Assembly: GCA_964035575.1 (NCBI GenBank)
Contig: OZ037837.1
Location: 1,612,001 to 1,676,000 of the forward strand
Length of the DNA stretch: 64,000 nucleotides
Source of the DNA: Rhynchopus sp. YZ270_cl-10
Lineage: Eukaryota
Direction: 5' to 3'
Below, in pieces: positions 1 to 11,356 of the stretch. Both the position numbers and the translations under genes were made by a program. Position 1 is the stretch's first letter. Each line of letters begins with the position of its first letter. A model generated the notes under the pieces. It was given only the letters and a program-made list of their open reading frames with translations. It did not search any database and was not told where the DNA came from.

Positions 1-3000
1 ATTGTACACCCCTTGACGACGAAGACATCGGTACGATGAATAAGGAGCCTCTGGTCGCTATGCTGTCTCAGTGAGCAGTACAGGGATTCTATAGGCATAT
101 TAGGGGGTATAATTCCATGGAAAAAGGCGGAAAAAGCGGGAAAAAACACCAAAAAATCAGGAAAAAGTACGAAATAGTGCTCAAAAGTGTGTTTTTCGTG
201 GTTTTGGGTGATTTTTTGGGGGTTTGGGGGTTTTTGATAAATAAATATTTTTTTTTGAATAGATAAAAGCAATAAATTACTTTTTATTTAAAACAAAAGG
301 CACTCCGTATCCAAAACAGGGGGGCAGTCTGGGGACAAAAACAGATTTCTGTATTGGGGAGGGTGGGAGTGTTTTTCGCTAAAAGGTAGGATTAAAAGTA
401 AAAGAAAATGATGTAAAACATCGGGTAGTCGGGTCCACTTGGAAAATACATAACTACATATAAGTAGTATATAAAGCACGTAGCCCTAAAAAGTACAAGG
501 ACCAAGAACCGACATGAACAGGGACCAAAGAGTCGTGGTGAATTCAAATAATGATCAGTTACCGAGAAACAACCACTGGTCGACAAACACTAGAAAAGGA
601 AAATCAGCTGAAAAGAAAACGAAAACGTGATATTCTAACTTGTATCTGGCGTAATAAAAAACGGCGTCCACGTATCATTGGTTGAGCGACGCTTGCCCAG
701 ATGACCCGTACCAGGAGAATAAAATTACAAAGAAAAGGAAAATAACAAAATAAACAAAAAGCACAACAAGAGTATCCCAAAGTAGTATACAGACAGCACA
801 ACTCCCTACAAGGATGTGGCGGCAAGGCCGGTCTGACAACAAAGTTCTTGAACACATACAAAGATGTGTACAAGAACTTTGTTTTGTTTGAGGTATTTTA
901 GTAAAAAAGAAAAGAAAATGGTTGGAATAGGGAAAACAAGTTGGATTAGTATTTATTGTATAAGCCAATTCAGTTCGTATGGTTTTTTTTTTTTTCCCAT
1001 TTTTATTTTCAATTGGGGGTTTGGGGGGGGGTTTTGGGTGTTTTTTCGGGTTTTTCGCGGGTTTTTACGAAAAAAGTGGTTTTGGACAGCAAAAACGGCC
1101 GGACGGCCCCCCCTATGGGGGGGGGGGGGGGGTAGGTGGGGGCAAAACCCCTATTTTTTTGAGGCATTTTGACTTTTTTGGACTTCCGCGCAAAGTACGT
1201 ACAAACCACCCCTCATACCCACCCAGAAATGGGTCAGAAACACCCTGTGACCCGAAAATCCATGCTAAGGGCGACTCAGAATATGAAAAAATGCAAAAAA
1301 ATAGTGAAAAAGTGGCCTTTTGACGGTTTTGGCCATGTTGGGTAAAATGGCCATTTTTGGACAAAAAAATCAAAAAAACAGCAAAATTTCGACGTCATGA
1401 CAGCTGCTTGGGCACAAACCTACCCCAGGGAGGTCCTGTGAGTCCATTCCGACCTGTTTTGGACACTTTAGGTACTTTTTTTGGCCGTTTTTTGGTGTTT
1501 TTAGGTCAAAAAATACCCTGGACTTTACCCTGGACGTCCCTGGGCCGCGACTTGCGCCCTGCTTTTGGACCCACTCTGGGCCAAAAAATGGGTGAAAACC
1601 CCCGAAAAAGCACTCCGGGAACCCAGATAGTTCCAAATATCCACCAGAAACCCACCCAAACACCTCAAAAACATGCCAGAAAAATATTTTCAAAAACACA
1701 CTTTTTTCAAAAAGTTCATCTGGGCAGGTTCCATAATGACTTATTTGAAAAAGTGTGTTTTTAAAAATATTTTTCTGGCATGTTTTTGAGGTGTTTGGGT
1801 GGGTTTCTGGTGGATATTTGGAACTATCTGGGTTCCCGGAGTGCTTTTTCGGGGGTTTTCACCCATTTTTTGGCCCAGAGTGGGTCCAAAAGCAGGGCGC
1901 AAGTCGCGGCCCAGGGACGTCCAGGGTAAAGTCCAGGGTATTTTTTGACCTAAAAACACCAAAAAACGGCCAAAAAAAGTACCTAAAGTGTCCAAAACAG
2001 GTCGGAATGGACTCACAGGACCTCCCTGGGGTAGGTTTGTGCCCAAGCAGCTGTCATGACGTCGAAATTTTGCTGTTTTTTTGATTTTTTTGTCCAAAAA
2101 TGGCCATTTTACCCAACATGGCCAAAACCGTCAAAAGGCCACTTTTTCACTATTTTTTTGCATTTTTTCATATTCTGAGTCGCCCTTAGCATGGATTTTC
2201 GGGTCACAGGGTGTTTCTGACCCATTTCTGGGTGGGTATGAGGGGTGGTTTGTACGTACTTTGCGCGGAAGTCCAAAAAAGTCAAAATGCCTCAAAAAAA
2301 TAGGGGTTTTGCCCCCACCTACCCCCCCCCCCCCCCCCATAGGGGGGGCCGTCCGGCCGTTTTTGCTGTCCAAAACCACTTTTTTCGTAAAAACCCGCGA
2401 AAAACCCGAAAAAACACCCAAAACCCCCCCCCAAACCCCCAATTGAAAATAAAAATGGGAAAAAAAAAAAAACCATACGAACTGAATTGGCTTATACAAT
2501 AAATACTAATCCAACTTGTTTTCCCTATTCCAACCATTTTCTTTTCTTTTTTACTAAAATACCTCAAACAAAACAAAGTTCTTGTACACATCTTTGTATG
2601 TGTTCAAGAACTTTGTTGTCAGACCGGCCTTGCCGCCACATCCTTGTAGGGAGTTGTGCTGTCTGTATACTACTTTGGGATACTCTTGTTGTGCTTTTTG
2701 TTTATTTTGTTATTTTCCTTTTCTTTGTAATTTTATTCTCCTGGTACGGGTCATCTGGGCAAGCGTCGCTCAACCAATGATACGTGGACGCCGTTTTTTA
2801 TTACGCCAGATACAAGTTAGAATATCACGTTTTCGTTTTCTTTTCAGCTGATTTTCCTTTTCTAGTGTTTGTCGACCAGTGGTTGTTTCTCGGTAACTGA
2901 TCATTATTTGAATTCACCACGACTCTTTGGTCCCTGTTCATGTCGGTTCTTGGTCCTTGTACTTTTTAGGGCTACGTGCTTTATATACTACTTATATGTA

Positions 3001-3454
3001 GTTATGTATTTTCCAAGTGGACCCGACTACCCGATGTTTTACATCATTTTCTTTTACTTTTAATCCTACCTTTTAGCGAAAAACACTCCCACCCTCCCCA
3101 ATACAGAAATCTGTTTTTGTCCCCAGACTGCCCCCCTGTTTTGGATACGGAGTGCCTTTTGTTTTAAATAAAAAGTAATTTATTGCTTTTATCTATTCAA
3201 AAAAAAATATTTATTTATCAAAAACCCCCAAACCCCCAAAAAATCACCCAAAACCACGAAAAACACACTTTTGAGCACTATTTCGTACTTTTTCCTGATT
3301 TTTTGGTGTTTTTTCCCGCTTTTTCCGCCTTTTTCCATGGAATTATACCCCCTAATATGCCTATAGAATCCCTGTACTGCTCACTGAGACAGCATAGCGA
3401 CCAGAGGCTCCTTATTCATCGTACCGATGTCTTCGTCGTCAAGGGGTGTACAAT
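1..3454. repeat. Giant near-perfect palindrome (arms ~1-1711 and ~1744-3454, ~30-nt asymmetric centre); the left arm is cut by the window edge
   Basis: Position 1 ATTGTACACCCC is the reverse complement of 3443-3454. The ORF track is mirrored (e.g. 604..873- equals 2582..2851+). Visible differences are confined to homopolymer lengths and the ~40 bp next to the centre. Confidence 0.97.
1116..2339. mobile_element. Foldback (palindromic) element, family P copy 1; core of the giant palindrome
   Basis: Bounded by G16/C17 runs and by TA at 1114-1115 and 2340-2341. Its inner arms are homologous to the palindrome at 9219-10406 (e.g. GTGAGTCCATTCC(G/A)ACCTGTTTTGGACA at ~1438 and ~9533). Confidence 0.75.
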
Positions 3455-4773
3455 CTGCCGCAAATTCCTGCATCTCTGTCTTTGTGAAGAGATCAAGCAC
3501 TCTAGTGTTGTACTTTTCAAGTTGCTACTTCTGGGTGCTTTGCATGGACCTGCCTTTGTGGTGCGCTTTGGTGTGTGCTGCGGCAAGTTCTTCCCTTGAG
3601 AGAGACGGAACCCAACCTAGATTGTAGAGGATGTCTAGGTTCCAGCGACAGTGAGTCGGTGTTGTCGGGTGCTGGCTCCTTTCGTGGTGGCTTGCAACTT
3701 GGTCAAGGACGCCGACAACGGATTCACACGAATCATTGGTTATGGGAGGAGGCAAGCAAGGTTTTACTGCACTTAGGCACAGGATACGTTGTCATTTTCA
3801 GGGACCAAAAAAGTCCTAGCAAGTGCTGCAAGTACGATTTTACACAGCTCAGGAGGTCTGTCGGGCAGTTCGGAAGGGATTTAGACACTTCTGCGACTGC
3901 CTGAACACGCCTTTTGGGTTTTTGGGTTTTGGGTGCGAAAAACGTCAACAAAGGGGAGGAAATACCGTTATTTTAAGCGTTGCAGACACAAAAAACACCC
4001 TCAAAAACCCCCCAGGGACCCCAAAGCTGCAAAATCCACACATTTCCACCTCGGGACCTCATTGGAGGTGGACTGAGGTGTTTTTTGGGTGTTTTGAATG
4101 AATTGAAATTATTTTTTTTTGGTACATAAATGGTCTTCTGCTAGGCGTTGCATAGCCGTTGCGAAAGTGTTGCAAAAGTGTTGCATGGCCTATAAAACCC
4201 TCCCAAGTGCCCAAAATGCTATTTTTCACCCTACATGAGGTCTGGGGGACATTTTCCTGGGTGTTTGGACACCATTCCGACTGCCTTAGCACTTTTTGGG
4301 GGGTTTTCAGGGACAAAAAAAGTCAAAAAAGTGACTAAAAAAAGGGTACTTTTAAGCGTTTGGGGCACACACACCCACTGCAAAATGCATCTGGGGCCCC
4401 CACAGGACCCCTAAAAGCTGTAAAAACCATATATTTCCACCCTGGGACCCCACCGGATGTGGACCGAGGTGTTTTTCGGGTGTTTAGAAGGAATTTTGTC
4501 TGACTGGAAAATTTTTTTGGTAAGTGTTGCATTTTGGCCATCTTGGTGACGATCTGGTGACGCCATTTTTAGAGATTTTTCACAAAAAACCGATTTTTTT
4601 TAACCAGGAAAGTCTCTGTAGAGGTTGTCAGGTGGTTTAATGGGATATTTGGGTGATCCCCAGGGCGATTTGCGGCCAGGCACGCCCACCTTAGTGGATT
4701 TCTTCACCTAAATTTCAAAAAAATGGGTTTTGGACAGCAAATCCTTAAGGAATTCCTTATACGTGGCCCCCCC
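2342..4773. mobile_element. TA-flanked TIR transposon remnant with GGGGGGGCC termini; mirror copy ends at 1113
   Basis: Left end GGGGGGGCC...TTTGCTGTCCAAAACC, right end GGTTTTGGACAGCAAA...GGCCCCCCC, with TA on both sides (2340-2341, 4774-4775). Contains internal imperfect direct repeats (~3960-4105 and ~4340-4500). Confidence 0.65.
3381..3905 (-). pseudogene. Degenerate coding fragment, possibly the C-terminal part of a DDE transposase
   Basis: ORF 3525..3755 (ITNDSCESVVGVLDQV, resembling the xNDxxE motif around the third catalytic residue of some DDE transposases) continues in frame past one TAG to ...EPLVAMLSQ* at 3381. It lies inside the TIR element. Confidence 0.35.
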
Positions 4774-5332
4774 TACCCCCCCCCCCCCCAGTAACAAAAA
4801 GAAAACCGACGCAGGAGCTTTTCTTGGAACTGTTTTATTCTCCTCACCCCAACAATAACATCACATTCAGAAAAACACTGTTTTTTCGTTTTTATTCGCT
4901 TTCTTTTCTTCTTCCTCACACTTTGTTACTGTGAAGAAATTTTTTTTCGTTTCCTGGTCGCATACTGCGAGTTTTCCTGGATGCGCAGGAAAAATGACTG
5001 GGGAGTGTTGGTGGCTCCGTGACGCCACAGAGCCGGCACACTCGTTGAGTGCCTCACAAAACCTAAAATTACTTCTTTGCTTTTATCTATTGTCCTCACG
5101 CTTTATCGTTGTTGTTGGGTTGGGAAATAAAAAATGCGATTGAAGCCCTCCACCTCTCCCACTCCCATGGTATACAATCTTCTCTCCCACATATGTAGCA
5201 ACCACACGCGCTAATAAGGGCAGCTGTCCTCGGACAGGTGAGTAGCGACGCCTCTCTAGCAAGCTGGCATAAGAGAGTAGAGGCAGAAGCTTCATCCTTG
5301 AGGCTCTGCGACTGGCCAGTGTCGTGTATTGT

Positions 5333-5612
5333 ACACTTTGCACTTTACACTTTACACTTTACACTTTACACTTTACACTTTACACTTTACACTTTACACT
5401 TTACACTTTACACTTTACACTTTACACTTTACACTTTACACTTTACACTTTACACTTTACACTTTACACTTTACACTTTACACTTTACACTTTACACTTT
5501 ACACTTTACACTTTACACTTTACACTTTACACTTTACACTTTACACTTTACACTTTACACTTTACACTTTACACTTTACACTTTACACTTTACACTTTAC
5601 ACTTTACACTTT
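5333..5612 (+). repeat. (ACACTTT)n microsatellite, ~40 units
   Basis: Read directly; gives the spurious TLHFTLY ORFs. Confidence 0.98.
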
Positions 5613-5684
5613 ACTTGTTTTTGTTCGGTTAGCCATCCATGTAAGCGAAATGTTTTAGAGCGAAAATCTATTTCAAAAGAATGC

Positions 5685-5892
5685 TGCCACATAGGGGGGG
5701 GGAGATGTGTGCTGTCTGTGTAGTCCCCTCAAAACAAGAACAGGGAAACTGTCCCCCACTGCCTTGAGCGGTGTGGAACCCCGCCACGTAGAACAACAAG
5801 TAAGCGTGGTATGAGGCAGTATCAGGGTCATGCCAGCACCCGCGGCAGCACTAAACCCGCCTACAATGTAGGTAATCGTAAAAAAAAAAAAA
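5685..5892 (+). mobile_element. Short retroposed insertion (SINE or 5'-truncated LINE) with poly(A) tail
   Basis: TSD AAAAGAATGC at 5675-5684 and 5893-5902, with an A-tail at ~5880-5892. The paralogous site in copy B (~12587-12600) is empty. Confidence 0.85.
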
Positions 5893-6578
5893 AAAAGAAT
5901 GCGCTTTAATAATTTGGCAGGTGCGAAGTAATTGTTTTTCTCTCCCTAGGCTAGCTGCAAGCGTAGGCCGCCCAGACCACCCAGAAGTAGTGACATGAAA
6001 TGAAAATATTACGAAATGAGCAAATAATACGAGGTGTGTGCGTTTCACCAGAACCTCTCCCTTTTGTCTTTATTGTTTTTATTGCGTTATTGTTTGCGGG
6101 GGGTGGGGGGGAAACATAAAAAGGAAAAGTGGAGTGCGGTTTCAATTTTCGATTTGATTGCAGCCTTTTCCTCTTTCTTTCTTCAGGAAGAGAAATCCGC
6201 TTGTTCTCGTTATGCTGTTTTGCACTTTGCGTCGCTTTACTCCAGAACTCTGTTCTGTATCTTATCGTTGCGACGTCGTATGTTCTTTGCGAAATGGTGA
6301 GTGTCATGTGCAGTTGACTTATGCCTCAACTCTGTGTTACATTCATGGAACGAAGAGTGTTACCGCGCTACCGAAATGCTTTTTCCTGCTTGCTGTTCAG
6401 CACCACATAAAGGTCTTCTGCCAACATTGCACACACCCTGGTTACTCACGAAGGTGCTGAGGAGATTGTGAACACAGTTAAGTATAAATGCTGTCACCAC
6501 TCTGTTTCTATCCCATAAACACACACCCAACCCCTTCCAGACACCCCTGCACCCTCCCACCTCTTCGAAACACACAAC

Positions 6579-8245
6579 ATGGTGTCTGGCACGCAACCCA
6601 CCGCACCACAGATGCCGAGCTGTGAGAACTGTGACGAGCCTGCACAGCTGCAGTGCGGATCTGCAAGGAGCTGTTCTTCTGCGACACACCTGCGTGCTTC
6701 GAAGTGTTCCACTCATCCTTGAGGCCACGTGACCGTGAGGCACATCGCGCTTCTGTGACTCCTTGCGGGACGTCGTCGAAGTGTGCACAGCACCCAGGAC
6801 AAGAGCTGTCCCTCGTCTGTGAAGACCCTGCGTGTGGAGACGCGTTGATCTGCATGCGTTGTGCTTACTTCGGACACACGGGACACAAGACAGTTAACAT
6901 CACGGACTACATGAAACGCCAGCGTGACACCCTCCACTCACACGTGGAAGACCTGACAGCACAGCGGACTGCTGCAGAGGAGAAGTGCCGTGTGCTTGAG
7001 GCACTCCCACCCACGGAGGACAGGTACAAAGACCTTCTCCTGCAGACACGCGTCGGGCACCTCGTGATGGGTGAGGATGTGTCGCGCAGCGAAGTCGTGT
7101 GTGAGGAGGAGGTGGCACGGAGCTTCCTCACACAGGCACTCAGTCGTGAAGGGGAGGTGTGTGCGCTGAAGACGTTTGTTGCGAAGGCAGGACACATGAT
7201 TGCTGAGTGTGAGGCGGTGTGCCAGCTTGGGGACGACCAGGTGCTGCGTGCGGTCACAGAGTCGCAGGCCGTTGTGCGGAGCATCAACAGCATGGCAGCG
7301 AGTGGAGACCGCCACTGCCTTGTGGGTGCTGCAGACCCACACACAACGTTTTCCCTGAAGCTGCCTGTTTCGAACGTGCACGATGCCCTTGCCCAAATGT
7401 CTCTTGTAGTGCCCGTCCTTGTGCAGGGGTTGGATGGAGCGGAACACGAGATTGAGGTGAGTGTGGATGACACAGGCAGGGACTTGCTTCGGAAGGTGGC
7501 GTCTGCAGTGGGGTTGCGTGAAGGCTGCTTCGACATGACTTTCAGAGATGAAGTGATTGCAGAAGGAGAGGACGTGGTGCAGCTGAGGGGTCACAGGGTT
7601 GTTGCAGCACTCAACACAGAGAGGAGGAAGCAGGATGCAGCACTTCATGCGTTGGGTGAGACAACACTTACATCACAAAGGTTAAAGCAGGTGACTGATG
7701 AAGGCAGTGATCTGAAGGTGGCTTGCTTGCTCCTGCAGGCACAAGTTGTGACTGCGATTCCAGACTACTTCTTCTCGAGTACTACAGTGACGTGCATTGA
7801 TCTCAGTCATGCGTCTGCTGTGACTGTGATCGGGAACAACTTTCTTCGTGACTGCACAGCTTTGATCAAAGTTGATTTGAGTGGATTACAAAGTGTCACC
7901 TCGATTGGCGACGAGTTTCTCGGTGAGTGCACATCATTGTCGGCACTTGATCTGAGTGGATTTCAAGCTGTCACCTCGATTGGGAACTGGTTTCTCGGCA
8001 GGTGCACATCATTAGCAACAGTTGATCTGAGTGGGGTCGAAGCTGTCACCTCGATTGGGCACTCGTTCCTCGGCGACTGCACATCATTGTCGACAGTTGA
8101 CTTGAGTGGATTACAAGCTGTCACGACGATTGCCATTGCTCCGATTGGTGGAGGCTTCATGTCCGGGTGCACAGAGTTGAAGACCTTGCATGGAAAGGAT
8201 AAGTGTCGCAATGTTGTATTCAGCAGTTTGCCTTTACGCCGTTGA
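6579..8245 (+). pseudogene. Tandem B-box + coiled-coil + ubiquitin-like + LRR gene, copy A, with a 1-nt frameshift at ~6657 (pseudogene or sequencing error)
   Basis: Reads TGCGGATC where the intact paralog has TGCGGGATC (~20118). The ATG at 6579 is out of frame with ORF 6653..8245. Confidence 0.8.
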
Positions 8246-8869
8246 GAAGCAAGAAACCATTCACTTTTGCAGCAGTTGTTGTCGTGCATCTTCTCCTTTT
8301 CTGCCAGGACGTTCTCCTGTGTAGCTTTGTGTCTGTCCAAAGGACTGCCACTCGTATTTTTCTGTGCACCACCAACCTATTACACCGTTGCTGTTCCTGC
8401 TGCAGTTGAACGTCGTAAGCAGTGTGGCAAGGGAAGGCGTACGGCAGAAAAGGCGGGGACTTGCAAGGGGTGTGTGAAATAGTGTTTTTCAACAAGCAAA
8501 GCTGCTGCGTAATTACCCTCAAAGGCATCCTATGAAGGAAACCTAGTTCCCAATTCTGAGGGGTTCCTTTGTTCCTGCCAAAATTGCAACAGATACTGGG
8601 GGGAAAACATAGACTTATGTGTTCATCCTGAACCACAGTCTGGGATTGTCTCCGCAAATGCAAGAGCAGTTTTTATTATAGGCTGGAAGTAGATGAATCT
8701 AATTATTGGCGTTTGTTGAGTTGGCAGTTAATTCTTCCAAGCGGACAGATATTTGTGAAAATTTGAAGGAAAACCTTTGTGTATTTGCAGAAATCCAAAA
8801 AAAACGAAGTCCGCGACCACTACGCAATAAGTACGCAACATGGGTCGTCAGGAGCACTACTCTTTTTTT

Positions 8870-9216
8870 TTCAACTTACCTTCCTTCACCCCCCCTGTAA
8901 GGGCAACCGTAGGTGAAGTAAGGTATAGTATTGAAATCGATGTGGGGGGGGAGTAAAGGGTCAATTTTACAAAACCAGATTTTGAGGAAAATTTTGGCCA
9001 AAAATGGGCCCCACGTATAAGCAACCGGGCTCATATTTCTCAAAATTTAAGTGGTCAAAAAATTGTCCAATTTTCGAGATTGACCCCACCACTGCACGGA
9101 CGGATCCCAAAAATGCAAATAAGGACCCTTTTTCAACTTACCTTCCTTCACCCCCCCTGTAAGGGCAACCGTAGGTGAAGTAAGGTATAGTATTGAAATC
9201 GATGTGGGGGGGGAGT
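8870..9216 (+). repeat. ~85-bp direct repeat (8870-8955 and 9131-9216) with an internal hairpin, flanking a copy of the GGGGGGGAGTAAAGGGTC element end
   Basis: TACCTTCCTTCACC...GGTGAAGTAAGGTA pairs within each unit. 8945-9133 matches 11357-11545, and a related segment lies at 36575-36615. Confidence 0.85.
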
Positions 9217-9218
9217 TA

Positions 9219-10406
9219 GGGGATACGACTCCAGCCATTTTGGCTGGGACCAAACGCACGGAAAATTCATTTGGCATTATCTGGCCATCTCCAAGGCAAC
9301 TGCGGGTGAAAAACACCCTCAGAGTGGGTCACAGGGGGCCTGTGGGTCGAAAAACGACCCAGAAGCCACCCCAGAATACAAAAAAATGGAAAAAAATAGT
9401 GAAAAAACGGCTTTTTTCACGTTTTGGCCACTTTGGGCAAAATAGCGATTTTTCGAGAAAAAAATCAAAAACCGGCATATTTTTTGACATCACAAAGCCT
9501 CCTTTGGCACAAATATACCCCAAAAGTGGCCTGTGAGTCCATTCCAACCTGTTTTGGACATATTTGACACTTTTGGAAGTGTTTTTTTGGTGTTTTTAGG
9601 TCAAAAAAATGCCCAAGACGTCCCCAAGACATCCCCAAGACACTTTGCACACCCCCTGTTACGGTCATATTTTTTTCGTTTTTTTGCCTGAAACCCCCAA
9701 AATACCCCTCCCGGACCCCACATAGTCCCGAATATCCATCACACACCCACTCAGAGTGAGTAGAAGCACCCCAAAAAAAATATTTTTTAAAGCCCTAAAA
9801 TTGTGCTTCAGTTTCGGCAGCATCCATGTTGAAGTTGAAGGGCTTTAAAAAATATTTTTTTTGGGGTGCTTCTACTCACTCTGAGTGGGTGTGTGATGGA
9901 TATTCGGGACTATGTGGGGTCCGGGAGGGGTATTTTGGGGGTTTCAGGCAAAAAAACGAAAAAAATATGACCGTAACAGGGGGTGTGCAAAGTGTCTTGG
10001 GGATGTCTTGGGGACGTCTTGGGCATTTTTTTGACCTAAAAACACCAAAAAAACACTTCCAAAAGTGTCAAATATGTCCAAAACAGGTTGGAATGGACTC
10101 ACAGGCCACTTTTGGGGTATATTTGTGCCAAAGGAGGCTTTGTGATGTCAAAAAATATCCCGGTTTTTGATTTTTTTCTCGAAAAATCGCTATTTTGCCC
10201 AAAGTGGCCAAAACGTGAAAAAAGCCGTTTTTTCACTATTTTTTTCCATTTTTTTGTATTCTGGGGTGGCTTCTGGGTCGTTTTTCGACCCACAGGCCCC
10301 CTGTGACCCACTCTGAGGGTGTTTTTCACCCGCAGTTGCCTTGGAGATGACCAGATAATGCCAAATGAATTTTCCGTGCGCAAAAAATGGCTGGAGTCGT
10401 ACCCCC
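9219..10406. mobile_element. Foldback (palindromic) element, family P copy 2 (arms 9219-9796 and 9839-10406, 42-nt spacer), TA-flanked
   Basis: Termini GGGGATACGACTCCAGCCATTTT / AAAATGGCTGGAGTCGTACCCCC, with TA at 9217-9218 and 10407-10408. Mirrored ORFs 9329..9547- and 10088..10306+. Confidence 0.9.
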
Positions 10407-10408
10407 TA

Positions 10409-11354
10409 GGCATAGGTGCCGGCCGAGTCGTTTTTGGGCGAGTTGTCCGAACTCCACGATTTTACCAAACAACTCGCCCAAAACTCGGACAACTCGGCCA
10501 CAACTCGCCCTATACTCGGCACAACTCGCCCTATACTCGGCACAACTCGGCCACAACTCGGCCACAACTCGCCCATTTTTACAGGCAAAAACATACAGGG
10601 ATGGGAGGTGACGTTGTAAGGTTACACACATGTAACGTTGGTACAACACATGATCTCAAGAAAAACAACCAGGGCTAAGGCCAAACGCCACTCATTACAT
10701 GCACCTTGTCATATGACTAGTCATAGGTGGTAACTAGGTCGTGGTGGTCCATGGGCCACCGTGCACACTCACGGTTTTTGGTAATTGCTGGGGGGAATGG
10801 GATATACTCCGTACATGGATACCCACACAGAACACACGGTTCCCCAGACATCTGTCAGGCAATCACTGATTCACTTCACACAGGTCGGGCAGGCGCTGCC
10901 TGCCCATCCTCTTTTCCTGTCTGCTATCGATTCCAGGTTCACAACGTTCACACGTTTAGTCAAAATGCTTTGGGCGACGACTTCCTTTGGGATACACAAA
11001 ACCACACAAAGCGCACATTCACAGACCAGCTGTGAAGCGTGGGATGCACAAGATAAAACGTGATGTGGTGTACCTGTGTACCTGTGTACCTGTGTACCTG
11101 TGTACCTGTGTACCTGTGTACCTGTGTACCTGTGTACCTGTGTACCTGTGTACCTGTGTACCTGTGTACCTGTGTACCTGTGTACCTGTGTACCTGTGTA
11201 CCTGTGTACCTGTGTACCTGTGTACCTGTGTACCTGTGTTTTTGTAGCCATAAAAAATCCCAAAAAAAAACAACTCGCCCAAAAAAAATGGGCGAGTTGT
11301 TGGCCGAATTTGGGCGAGTTGCCGAGTTGTTTTAACTCGCCGGGCACCTATGCC
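10409..11354. mobile_element. TA-flanked MITE with TIR GGCATAGGTGCC, subterminal CAACTCG(C/G)C repeats and an internal (TGTACCTG)n tract
   Basis: TA|GGCATAGGTGCC...GGCACCTATGCC|TA; microsatellite at ~11069-11238. Confidence 0.88.
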
Positions 11355-11356
11355 TA

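Larger units (their letters stand above)
5133..8285 (+). repeat. Segmental duplication, copy A. Copy B is 12122-12695 + 17371-17402 + ~19615-21690, broken by insertions
   Basis: Shared sequence runs from AATGCGATTGAAGCCCTCC through the (ACACTTT)n tract, the upstream region and the entire B-box/Ubl/LRR gene. Confidence 0.92.

Noticed and set aside
288..3167. Mirrored 60-135 aa ORFs in the palindrome
   Set aside because: They are K/F/G/P-biased products of homopolymer-rich DNA with no recognisable domains.
5205..5320. HDV-like or hammerhead ribozyme call
   Set aside because: The P1.1 GG and a convincing P2 could not be placed, and there is no CUGANGA/GAAA core. Kept only as an unassigned structure.
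5333..5612. (ACACTTT)n as a telomeric repeat
   Set aside because: It is interstitial, embedded in a duplicated segment, and does not match the TTAGGG type.
5238..5723. TLHFTLY, MSCHV, YLCTCVPV, MYATLC and MVSHGFTWFH repeat ORFs (also at 11-12.6, 15.5-16.6, 21.8-23.7 and 47.5-48 kb)
   Set aside because: These are translations of stop-free microsatellites in several frames, not genes.
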